Source: an uncultured Actinomycetota bacterium (lineage in GTDB: Bacteria; Actinomycetota; Actinomycetes; JADGOV01). From it: a stretch of 64,000 nt of DNA. The DNA lies in NCBI GenBank assembly GCA_963814355.1, contig CAWFCZ010000018.1:1064141-1128140 (forward strand), read 5' to 3'. Below, piece after piece: positions 10,451 through 19,202 of this stretch (position 1 is the stretch's first letter; each line of letters starts with the position of its first letter). The notes beneath the pieces were generated by a model. It had not been told where the DNA came from, made no database searches, and saw only the letters and a list, made by a program, of their open reading frames with translations. The position numbers and the translations under genes were made by a program.

Positions 10451-10462
10451 CAGTACTGTCAG
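10447..10462. promoter_or_regulatory. Perfect 16-bp palindrome CTGACAGTACTGTCAG
   Basis: Directly visible; overlaps micro-ORF stop codon; function unknown. Confidence 0.55.
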
Positions 10463-10472
10463 TGCGCCCCGT

Positions 10473-10517
10473 TTACCACCAGTTACGGGGATTACTACCG
10501 AGGGTGCCTGAGTGCAT
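10473..10517 (-). CDS. Putative 14-aa micropeptide MHSGTLGSNPRNWW
   Basis: ATG at 10517 to TAA at 10473; no clear SD; co-directional with GGDEF-EAL gene. Confidence 0.25.
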   Translation of the reverse strand: MHSGTLGSNPRNWW

Positions 10518-10638
10518 ACACAGAGCTAGTTCATAGCGTTGTGTTATGCCTCTTTCGTCGGTGTATGCCGGTCTGGCGTCAGCCGGTCTGGGGTACGCCG
10601 ACGGGCAACCCGGCCAGCGCACTCCGACACGGTCGACG

Positions 10639-11349
10639 TCACTGGTGCGCGACGTGGGCGGCTGCCACCAGGGCAGCGAACAGGCGCCCATCAGTGCCGA
10701 CCTCCGGGTGCCAGAGAACCCCGAGTGCGAAGCAGTGCCCGGGTAGTTCCAGCGCTTCGATCGCGCCGTCCGGGGCCCACGCGCTGGCCCTGGCCGAGCC
10801 GCTGCTGTCGACACCCTGGTGGTGGTACGAGCGAACGGTCACCCGCTCGCCGAGGATGTCCGCCGCCCGGGATCCCGGCGCCAGGTCGACGGCGTGTTCG
10901 CCGAAGGCACCGTGGCTCGGTCGATGCTCGTCGTGCCCGACGACGTCGGGCAGGTGCTGGTGCAGGGTGCCGCCACCGGCCACCGCCATCAGCTGCATGC
11001 CGCGGCAGATCCCGAGTACGGGTAGATCGCAGCGGATCGCAGCGGCCAGGAGCGCGAGCTCGCTGATGTCCCGCTCGGGGCGCGGCGCTTCGGTGGCCGG
11101 GTGACGCTGCGCGCCGTAGTGGGCCGGGTCGATGTCCGCGCCACCGGTCAACACCAGGCCGTCGAGCCGGGCAACCACCTCTTCGGCGCCATCGGGCAGG
11201 TCCGGCGGCAGCAGGACCGCTCGGCCGCCGGAAGCGACGACGGGTTCGACGTAGCGGTGCGGCAGAAGCGTGGCGACCAGCTCCCATCGGCCCCAGCGCA
11301 CCGGTTCGATGTACGCGGTGAGGCCGATCACGGGACGCACCGGGGGCAC
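10639..11349 (-). CDS. Gamma-glutamyl-gamma-aminobutyrate hydrolase family (peptidase C26, class I glutamine amidotransferase)
   Basis: LDGLVLTGGADIDP, LGICRGMQ (catalytic Cys), SYHHQ, WHPE. Confidence 0.92.
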   Translation of the reverse strand: MPPVRPVIGLTAYIEPVRWGRWELVATLLPHRYVEPVVASGGRAVLLPPDLPDGAEEVVARLDGLVLTGGADIDPAHYGAQRHPATEAPRPERDISELALLAAAIRCDLPVLGICRGMQLMAVAGGGTLHQHLPDVVGHDEHRPSHGAFGEHAVDLAPGSRAADILGERVTVRSYHHQGVDSSGSARASAWAPDGAIEALELPGHCFALGVLWHPEVGTDGRLFAALVAAAHVAHQ

Positions 11350-11381
11350 GGTATCCCGTCGTTACCGCCTAACGAACCGGA

Positions 11382-12965
11382 TCAGCCGCCGTGGACGGCC
11401 ACCGCGGCCGCCCGGCGCGGATCCCCGGCCGCGGTCAGGCCGACCTCGGGCGAGTACAGCGCGGCTCCAACACCGCCGAAGTACATCGCGAGTTCGTGGT
11501 GCGACCGGGTCAGGTACGCCGACTCCGACAGCAAAGGCGACCCCGACAGAGTCTCCGACAGCGCAGCCGGCAGCAGGTCCAGGTCCTCCTCGTGTTCGAG
11601 CACCGGTCCATCCGCGGTGTGTCGGACGTGCAGCCGGGGCCAGCGAATGGCCTGCTCGAGACTCAGCCCGCCACCGGCGAAACCGGCGAGAACCTGGAGC
11701 AGTGCGGTGGTGATCCGGTCCGCACCGGGCGACCCGACTGCCAGCACCGCGCCGTCCGGGCGCCGGCCCACGGTGGGCGCCATGTTCGAGGCCAGCCGCT
11801 CGCCGGGGCGCAAGGCATGCAGCCCGTGCGGGTTCAGCTCCGGCTCGCCCAGCGCGCTGTTGAGCCACAATCCGGTACCGGGCACCATCACCCCCGAGCC
11901 GTACCCGTCGGAGGCGGTGATCGCGCAGGCGGTGCCCTCGCCGTCCACCACTGAGACGTTCAGCGTCGACGGCGCCTCCAGCGGGACGGCGCCGCCGGCG
12001 GCGACCATCGCCAGCAGTTCCGCGGCGGCCGCCACCCGGTCCTCGGCGAGGTCCAGCCGGTCCCGGCGGTAGCGCAGCACCCGGTCCTGCACGTCCACCA
12101 GATGCGCCACGTCGACGGCCGTCCAGCGCCCGTGCGGCCGGCCGGCCATCAGGGCCAGCATGGCGGCCAACACCGGCCCGCCGATCGACGGCGGCGGGTT
12201 CGTCCCGAGCTGCCAGTCCCCGGCCGCCACGGCCAGCGACCGGCGCAGCGCGGGACGGTACCGGGCCAGGTCCAACGCGGTGAGCAGGCCGTCGTGTGCG
12301 GCCATGTCGGCCACGATGAGGTCGGCCACCTCGCCGGTGTAGAAGGCCACGGCGCCGTCGGCCGCCAGCGCCTCCAAGGTCTCGGCCAGGTGCGGAATGT
12401 GCACCCGGTCACCTTCGGCGAGCAGCGACCCGCTGCTGTCGTGCAGCGCCCGGTAGCTGTCCGGGCTGCGGGAGAAGATGGCGTCGTGGCTGTACGCCAG
12501 GTAGTACGCCGAGGCGCGGCCGAGCGGGAAGCCCAAGCGGGCGACCTCGATCGCCGGCGCGAGCACCTCCGTCCACGGCACCCGGCCGAAGCGGAGGTGA
12601 GCGGCGGCGTACCCGGCCAGCGCGCCCGGCGTGGCTACCGAGCCGTATCCCACGGTCGCCGTGACCCCGCCCCCGTAGGCCATGTCGACGTGCTCGACTC
12701 CCCGCCCGAAGCGATCGGCCGGCAGGCCCGACCCGGCCATGGCCACGCCCCCGTCGACCGTTACCGGATCGCCGCCGGCCGGGGCGACGGTGAGATAGGC
12801 CCCACCGGCCAGCGCGCACATCCCCGGCTCACTCACCTGGGACACGAGCACGGCCGCCAGGGCGGCGTCGATAGCGTTGCCACCCGACTCTGCGACGCGG
12901 ACTCCGGCGGCGGCGGCCAGTGAGTTGCACGCCGAAACCGCCACGGGTGTCCCGGCGGTGGTCAT
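11382..12965 (-). CDS. Gamma-glutamyltransferase family protein
   Basis: GGNAIDAA, SVATPG, ST.NVSVVD (Ntn Thr), SNMAPT, GSPGADRI, DPRR. Confidence 0.88.
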   Translation of the reverse strand: MTTAGTPVAVSACNSLAAAAGVRVAESGGNAIDAALAAVLVSQVSEPGMCALAGGAYLTVAPAGGDPVTVDGGVAMAGSGLPADRFGRGVEHVDMAYGGGVTATVGYGSVATPGALAGYAAAHLRFGRVPWTEVLAPAIEVARLGFPLGRASAYYLAYSHDAIFSRSPDSYRALHDSSGSLLAEGDRVHIPHLAETLEALAADGAVAFYTGEVADLIVADMAAHDGLLTALDLARYRPALRRSLAVAAGDWQLGTNPPPSIGGPVLAAMLALMAGRPHGRWTAVDVAHLVDVQDRVLRYRRDRLDLAEDRVAAAAELLAMVAAGGAVPLEAPSTLNVSVVDGEGTACAITASDGYGSGVMVPGTGLWLNSALGEPELNPHGLHALRPGERLASNMAPTVGRRPDGAVLAVGSPGADRITTALLQVLAGFAGGGLSLEQAIRWPRLHVRHTADGPVLEHEEDLDLLPAALSETLSGSPLLSESAYLTRSHHELAMYFGGVGAALYSPEVGLTAAGDPRRAAAVAVHGG

Positions 12966-13009
12966 CGAGAGATCATCCCATCGCCGATCCGGGCCCGACC
13001 CTCGGGAGG

Positions 13010-14128
13010 TTACCTCGGGTACACGCTGATGTCCGTGGCCTTGACCGCCACCCAGATCGCCCGGCCGGGGGCGAGCTGGAGATCGGCCACCGCGTCCGCG
13101 GTGAGGTCCACCGCCATCGGCAGCGGATGTGCCACCTGCAGCCGGATCCGGTCGGCGGCCCGTTCCAGCGTCGCCACCGTGGTGCGCCAGACGTTGCGCG
13201 GGCTGCCGGTGGGTGGGTGGCGATGCACGGCGACCGCGGCCGGCCGGATCGCGGCGAACACCGCGCCGATTGTCCCGGGCAGGACGGTCAACGAAACCGG
13301 GAACGTGTCCAGCGTCACCCGGTTACCAGCGGCCGTGCCGCGGTACAGGTTGATCCCGACGAGCCGGGCGACATAGTCGGTCCGCGGATGGCGGGCCACC
13401 TCGTCCGGGGCACCGTGCTGCACGACCTGGCCGGCCTCCAGGATCACCAACCGGTCACCGAGCAGCAGCGCTTCCAGCGGGTCATGGGTGACGATCAGGC
13501 TGACCCCGGCAAAGGCGTCCAGATGGGTCCGCAGCCCGGTCCGGGCCGAGCTACGCGTGGCCGCGTCCAGCGCGGCGAGCGGCTCGTCGAGCAACAGCAG
13601 CCGGGGGGAAGTGGCCAGCGCACGGGCCAGCGCCACGCGCTGTGCTTGGCCGCCGGAGAGCTGCCCGGGCCGGCGGTTCGCCAGCTCGGCCAGCCCGGCG
13701 CGGGCCAGCCAGCCGTCCGCGGCGGCGTTGGCGGCCGCCCGGAGGACGCCGCGAGCCCGCAGCCCGAACGCGACGTTGTCCCGGGCGCTCAGGTGCGGGA
13801 ACAGCAGGTAGTCCTGGAACACCACCCCGACCGGCCGGTGCTCCGGCGGGACCCGACGCCGCTGCGACGGCTCCTCTAGTACCGTCCCGGCTACGCTCAG
13901 CCGTCCCGCTGCGAGCGGCACCAACCCGGCGAGCGCCCGCAGCAGCGTGGTCTTCCCGGCGCCGTTCGGTCCGAGTACGCAGATCACCTCACCGCAGTTC
14001 GCGTGCAGGGCAATACGCAGCCGGAATGTGCCGCGGTTCACCGTGAGATCCGCCTCCAGCCCAAGCTCCGGTGCCGCCGCCGGCGGGACGGGCGGGGAGC
14101 CGGGCGGCGTACCGGGCGGTGTTCTCAC
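13010..14128 (-). CDS. modC: Molybdate ABC transporter ATP-binding protein with TOBE domain
   Basis: GPNGAGKTT, LSGGQ, LLLDEP; C-terminal TOBE; GTG at 14128 overlaps modB stop. Confidence 0.88.
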   Translation of the reverse strand: MRTPPGTPPGSPPVPPAAAPELGLEADLTVNRGTFRLRIALHANCGEVICVLGPNGAGKTTLLRALAGLVPLAAGRLSVAGTVLEEPSQRRRVPPEHRPVGVVFQDYLLFPHLSARDNVAFGLRARGVLRAAANAAADGWLARAGLAELANRRPGQLSGGQAQRVALARALATSPRLLLLDEPLAALDAATRSSARTGLRTHLDAFAGVSLIVTHDPLEALLLGDRLVILEAGQVVQHGAPDEVARHPRTDYVARLVGINLYRGTAAGNRVTLDTFPVSLTVLPGTIGAVFAAIRPAAVAVHRHPPTGSPRNVWRTTVATLERAADRIRLQVAHPLPMAVDLTADAVADLQLAPGRAIWVAVKATDISVYPR

Positions 14129-14958
14129 GCCGACGGCAGCCACCGTTCTCGCAGCCCGAGCACCACGGCGGCCGAAACCGCGACCAGCACCAGGCTCAGC
14201 ACGATCGCCGCCGCCGGGTCGGTCTCCATGGCCAGGTACACCGCCAGCGGCATGGTGCGGGTGACGCCGGGGAAGTTGCCGGCGAAGGTGATGGTCGCGC
14301 CGAACTCACCGAGTGCCCGCGCCCAGCACAAGACCGCCCCGGCGGCGACGCCGGGGGCGACCAGCGGCAGCGTGACCCGGCGGAAGGTATACATCCGACC
14401 GGCGCCGAGGGTGGCCGCCGCCTCCTCGTACCGGTCGTCGGCACCGCGCAGCGCCCCCTCCACGGCGAGCACCAGGAACGGCATCGCCACGAACGTCTGG
14501 GCGACCACCACCCCGGCGGTGGTGAACGGCAAGCTGATCCCGAAGGCCGAGTACAGCCATTGCCCGATGACACCACGGCGACCGAACGCCAGTAGCAGCG
14601 CCACCCCGCCCACCACCGGCGGGAAGACCAGCGGCAGGATGACCAGCGCCCGAAGCAACGGCCGGCCGGGGAAGGACAGCCGGGCCAGGACCCAGGCCAG
14701 CGGCACGCCGAAAATCAGGGCGAGGGCGGTCGCCGAGGTCGCGGTCAGCAACGACAGCCGCAGCGCCGTGGTGACTTCGGTGCCGGCAAGTCCGCCGGCC
14801 AGGTTGCTCCACGGTGCGCGGACCAGCAGCCCCAGCAGCGGCAACAGCAGGAACAGCGCACCCGACACCGCGGGAACGAGCAGCATCAGCGGCGCGGTAC
14901 GCCGACCACGGGCTCGGGATGACGCTCGCGACTCCTCCGGCGCGATGTCCACGTTCAC
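14125..14958 (-). CDS. modB: Molybdate ABC transporter permease
   Basis: LPLVFPPVVGG, EEAAATLGA, ARALGEFGAT, TRTMPLAVY. Confidence 0.92.
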   Translation of the reverse strand: MNVDIAPEESRASSRARGRRTAPLMLLVPAVSGALFLLLPLLGLLVRAPWSNLAGGLAGTEVTTALRLSLLTATSATALALIFGVPLAWVLARLSFPGRPLLRALVILPLVFPPVVGGVALLLAFGRRGVIGQWLYSAFGISLPFTTAGVVVAQTFVAMPFLVLAVEGALRGADDRYEEAAATLGAGRMYTFRRVTLPLVAPGVAAGAVLCWARALGEFGATITFAGNFPGVTRTMPLAVYLAMETDPAAAIVLSLVLVAVSAAVVLGLRERWLPSA

Positions 14959-15749
14959 GGCGGCAGGAAACCGGCTCGGTGGAACGACGCCGCGGCGGCC
15001 GGGCTCTGCAGGTAACGCAGGAACGCCCCGGTGAGCGGGCGGGTGGCGCTGCCTCGCAGGGCCACGACCGGATAGGCGGTCACCGCTTTCGCCGCCTCGG
15101 GAAAGCTGACGCCGCTCACGCGCCCCGCGGCGGCCAGCACGTCGGTCCGGTACACCAGTCCGGCGTCCACCTCACCGAGGCGGACCTTGGTGAGGACGGC
15201 GGCGACGTCGGACTCCAAGGTGACCGGCGAGGCGCGCAGCCCGGCAACGGCCAGCGCCTTGTCGGCCGCCGCCCCGCACGGCACCTGCGGAGCGCACAGC
15301 GCGAGCGTGACGTCATGGCGTACCGCGTCGGCCAAGCCCGTGATGTGCCGCGGATTGCCCGGCGCGGTGGCGATCTGCAAGGCGTTGCGTGCCAGCCGGA
15401 TCGGCGCGCCGGCAGCGTCGCCGTGCCGGGTCACCGTCGCCATGGTCGCGTCACTGGCGGACGCGAAGATGTCCGCCGGAGCCCCACTTCGGATGGACTG
15501 GGCCAGTCCAGAGCTACCGGCGAAGTCGAGCCTGACGCGGACTCCCGGGTTGGCCGCTTCAAAGGAGTGAGCGAGAGCCGTGAACGTGCTGGTCAGCGAC
15601 GACGCGGCGAAGACGGTAATCGTCCCGGACGGTGCCGCCGCCGAGCCGGCAGCGCCGGTACCGGCGGGAGGGGCCTGGGCTGGGGCGGCGCCGCACCCGG
15701 CAACCAAGGCGATGAGCGGCACGGCCAACGCCCGTTTGCCCCTGACCAC
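14955..15749 (-). CDS. modA: Molybdate ABC transporter substrate-binding lipoprotein
   Basis: Lipobox VAGC, VFAASSL, FAGSS, GAPADIFASA, DAGLVY.TD. Confidence 0.92.
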   Translation of the reverse strand: MVRGKRALAVPLIALVAGCGAAPAQAPPAGTGAAGSAAAPSGTITVFAASSLTSTFTALAHSFEAANPGVRVRLDFAGSSGLAQSIRSGAPADIFASASDATMATVTRHGDAAGAPIRLARNALQIATAPGNPRHITGLADAVRHDVTLALCAPQVPCGAAADKALAVAGLRASPVTLESDVAAVLTKVRLGEVDAGLVYRTDVLAAAGRVSGVSFPEAAKAVTAYPVVALRGSATRPLTGAFLRYLQSPAAAASFHRAGFLPP

Positions 15750-15869
15750 CCGCCACAGGGTAAGGCGGATCAGCGAGTGGATGCTAGCCGGCCTGCCGCT
15801 GGATCGTCCTGTACGGTATGGGTGATTTTAGCCGTCCCGGACAAGCTTGGACCACTGGGGGAACTCGCC

Positions 15870-16556
15870 ATGGGAAGACGCGTCTCGACTCTTGCGCTCG
15901 CCGCCGCTGCGGCCTCGGCGTTGGCTGTCGGCACCGCGCAGGCCACGTCGGTCACCGCCGGAAGCTGGCACTTCAACGAGCCGGCCGGGTCCAAGGTGGC
16001 CCACGACTCGACCCATCCGGCCACCAACGGCCGGATCAGCGGAGCCGTGCAGACCGGGGTCGCTGGTCACTCCGGCCACGGCTACTACTTCTCCGGCGGG
16101 GTGGTGAGTGTTCCGGACTCCGCCACCCTGGATCCTGGAACCCGCCCCTTCACGGTCTCGATGTGGCTTCGAGTTCCCAGCAATCTCGCTACCGGTGACT
16201 ACAACGTGCTGCAGAAGGGCCACTCCACCACGGCAGGGGGGCAGTACAAGGTTGAGCTCGGCGGTTCGTTGAGCCGAGGGGTCGGCAAGCCGCGCTGTGC
16301 GTTCAAGGACAGCTCGCATCACGGCGTCGTGGTAAAGGCCCGCAACAGCGACATCGCGGACGGGCGGTGGCACTTCGTGTCCTGCCAGCGGAGCGCCACC
16401 TCGGTCTCCATCCGAGTCGACGGCTCGGTCAAGGCGTCGGTTGCGGCTCGCCTCGGCAGCATCGCCAACTCCTCCCCGCTGCAGATCGGCGGCAAGGGTG
16501 TCGGCCTGCACAACTACACCGGCGGAATGGACGAGGTCAGCCTGCGAATCGGCTGA
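15870..16556 (+). CDS. Secreted LamG/concanavalin A-like jelly-roll protein
   Basis: ATG 15870 with GGGGGAA upstream; signal peptide ending AQA; [18 protein letters not shown] LamG-like motifs. Confidence 0.75.
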   Translation: MGRRVSTLALAAAAASALAVGTAQATSVTAGSWHFNEPAGSKVAHDSTHPATNGRISGAVQTGVAGHSGHGYYFSGGVVSVPDSATLDPGTRPFTVSMWLRVPSNLATGDYNVLQKGHSTTAGGQYKVELGGSLSRGVGKPRCAFKDSSHHGVVVKARNSDIADGRWHFVSCQRSATSVSIRVDGSVKASVAARLGSIANSSPLQIGGKGVGLHNYTGGMDEVSLRIG

Positions 16557-16639
16557 CCCGTGCGCACCTGAGCAGCGGCTGCGTAACCGGCTCGAGTTCG
16601 GCGGCCGGCGCCGACGACGTCCGGGACCGGGTCACCGCG

Positions 16640-17221
16640 TACCCGATAGCCACCAGCGCGGCGTACGGGAAGGCCAGCAGGGCGGGGTCGGATTCCACAG
16701 CAAACCGCAGCCCGGAGTCGGCGATCTCCAGGGCGTAGGGCATGGTGACGTTTATGAGAGCGTAGGTGCTGGTGTGCGGTACCGCCCCGGGCATGTTGGC
16801 CACGCAGTAGAACGTCGAGTCGGCGACCCGGAACGTCGGGTCCGAGTGCGTGGTCGAGCGGGTGGACTCGAAGTTACGCGACCGCGGTGATCCCGCTGTC
16901 CAGAATGGCCTTGGTGCAGGCCGCGGAGGCGGCGAGATGCAGGTAGGCGAAGAGCAGTTGACCGCGCCGCATACGACCGTATTCCGACGGGATCGGTTCC
17001 TTGACCTTGCAGATCAAATCGCGTTCGGCCCACACATCGTCCGCGGTACCGATGATTTCCGCCCCGGCCGAGATGTAGTCCTGGTCGGGATCGAAGAACC
17101 GACTCCGGCCTCCTTCTCGACATAGACGGTGTGGCGTGCCGGGTGAACTCGTGCACACCGGCCGGGTGATCGCCACCCGGTATTCATGGTCCTTGACTTC
17201 GCGCGGGATACCGACCTTCAC
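16640..17221 (-). pseudogene. ald: Alanine dehydrogenase pseudogene (frameshifts, internal deletion)
   Basis: AAGGAGG SD + VKVGIPREVKDHEYRVAIT; [13 protein letters not shown]; then jumps at ~16874 to FES...[19 protein letters not shown]; NAD-binding middle absent. Confidence 0.85.
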
Positions 17222-17501
17222 TACGAACGCCTCCTTGTGGGATGTGGCGGATACGTGCGCCGGGGCATGCGGGATCGCCGCGATTCCCGGTTGTCGCACG
17301 TGGGATATCCACATTCGACCGGCCGGTGGTAGGTGTTTCCAGGGGCGATGGTCCCGGCCGCGGAGAGGCATTGCGGAACGTTGTAGCAACGTCACTGAAA
17401 CGCCTAGGTCTCATGGCCGCCAAGTATCGGTGCTTCTATGGTGGCCGAAGCAGGAGAGGCGGCCGCGACCTGGTTCGGGCCGGTGTAGATGCGGAGGCGC
17501 A

Positions 17502-19202
17502 GTGTCGGAGTCCAGAGTTGCGGCCACCGGCGCCGCGGCCGATCCGGGTCGGCCTGTGCTGCTCACCGTGGACGACGACCCGGCGGTGTCCCGGGCGGTG
17601 GCCCGGGACCTGCGCCGGCGCTACGCCGAGAGTTACCGGATCGTCCGTGCCGAATCCGGGGCGGACGCGCTGGCGGCGCTTCGCGAGGTGAAGCTGCGCG
17701 GCGGCCGGGTCGCCGCGCTCGTCGCCGACTCGCGGATGCCGCAGATGAGCGGCGTGGAGTTCCTCGAGGCGGCCATGGACCTGTTTCCGGCCGCCCGCCG
17801 GGTGCTGTTGACCGCCTACGCCGACACCGACGCGGCGATCGCGGCAATCAACGTCGTGGACCTCGACCACTACCTGCTCAAGCCGTGGGATCCGCCGGAG
17901 GAGAAGTTGTACCCGGTGGTGGACGCGCTGCTCGAAGGCTGGCTGGCGGCCGGCGACCGGCCGGTCCCGGGGATCAAGGTGGTCGGCCACCGGTGGTCCG
18001 CCCGGTCGCACGAGATCCGGGACTTCCTGGCCCGCAACGGCGTGCCCTACCGGTGGTACGCCGCGGACGAACCTGAGGGTGGTCGGCTGCTCGCCGCCGC
18101 CGGTGTGGACGCCACGGCGGTGCCGCTGGTCATCCCGCCGGACGGCACCCCGCTGCCCAACCCACGGACCGCGGAACTGGCCGCCCGCGTTGGGCTGTCC
18201 ACCACTCCGGCAGCCGACTTCTACGACCTCGTCATCGTCGGCGGCGGTCCGGCCGGTCTGGGCGCGGCGGTGTACGCCGCCTCCGAGGGGTTGCGGACCG
18301 TGCTGGTGGAGCGCGAGGCCGCCGGCGGGCAGGCCGGCCAGAGTTCGCGGATCGAGAACTACCTCGGCTTTCCGGACGGCGTCTCCGGCGCCCAGCTCAC
18401 CGACCGGGCCCGGCGGCAGGCCGTGAAGTTCGGCGCCGAGTTGCTCACGGCCCGCGGCATCGAGGGCCTGAGCACCCGCGGGTCCGCCCGGGTGGTCCGC
18501 TTCGAGGACGGCAGTGAGTTGGCAGCGCACACCGTCCTGCTGGCGACCGGGGTGTCCTATCGCCGGCTGGCCGGCTCGGGTCTGGATGCGCTCACCGGCC
18601 GTGGGGTGTACTACGGGGCGGCCACCACCGAAGCCGCCAGTTGCGTCGGTCAGGAGGTCTATGTCGTCGGCGGCGCCAACTCCGCCGGCCAGGCAGCGGT
18701 CTTCTTCGCCCGCCAAGCGAAGTCCGTCACGCTGCTGATCCGCGGCGACCGGCTGGAGGCCGGGATGTCGTACTACCTGGTGGAACAGCTCCGGGGGCTG
18801 GACAACGTCACGGTTCGAACCTGCACCGAGGTGGTCGCCGGCAGCGGATTTGACCACCTGGAGACCCTGACTTTGGCGGACGGCCGGACCGGGGCGGCCG
18901 AAACCGTCCCGGCCGGCTGGCTGTTCGTCTTCATCGGCGCGGCGCCGCGGACCGGGTGGCTCGACGGTGTGGTGGCTCGGGACGTACGCGGTTTCGTCCT
19001 GGCCGGCCCCGACCTGATGCACGACGGTAGCCGGCCGGCGGGCTGGCCGCTGGAGCGGGATCCGTACTACCTGGAGACCAGCCTGCCGGGAGTGTTCGTA
19101 GCCGGCGACGCCCGGGCCGATTCGGTCAAGCGGGTGGCGTCCGCGGTCGGCGAGGGCGCGATGGCGGTCACCATGCTGCACCGCTACCTGGAGAAGCTAT
19201 GA
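17502..19202 (+). CDS. Response-regulator receiver fused to thioredoxin-reductase-like FAD/NAD(P)H oxidoreductase
   Basis: GTG 17502 with GGAGG; VDDD, AD.RMP, TAY, KPW receiver motifs; GGGPAG, GGANSAG, FVAGD, SVKRVASAVGEG. Confidence 0.9.
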   Translation: MSESRVAATGAAADPGRPVLLTVDDDPAVSRAVARDLRRRYAESYRIVRAESGADALAALREVKLRGGRVAALVADSRMPQMSGVEFLEAAMDLFPAARRVLLTAYADTDAAIAAINVVDLDHYLLKPWDPPEEKLYPVVDALLEGWLAAGDRPVPGIKVVGHRWSARSHEIRDFLARNGVPYRWYAADEPEGGRLLAAAGVDATAVPLVIPPDGTPLPNPRTAELAARVGLSTTPAADFYDLVIVGGGPAGLGAAVYAASEGLRTVLVEREAAGGQAGQSSRIENYLGFPDGVSGAQLTDRARRQAVKFGAELLTARGIEGLSTRGSARVVRFEDGSELAAHTVLLATGVSYRRLAGSGLDALTGRGVYYGAATTEAASCVGQEVYVVGGANSAGQAAVFFARQAKSVTLLIRGDRLEAGMSYYLVEQLRGLDNVTVRTCTEVVAGSGFDHLETLTLADGRTGAAETVPAGWLFVFIGAAPRTGWLDGVVARDVRGFVLAGPDLMHDGSRPAGWPLERDPYYLETSLPGVFVAGDARADSVKRVASAVGEGAMAVTMLHRYLEKL

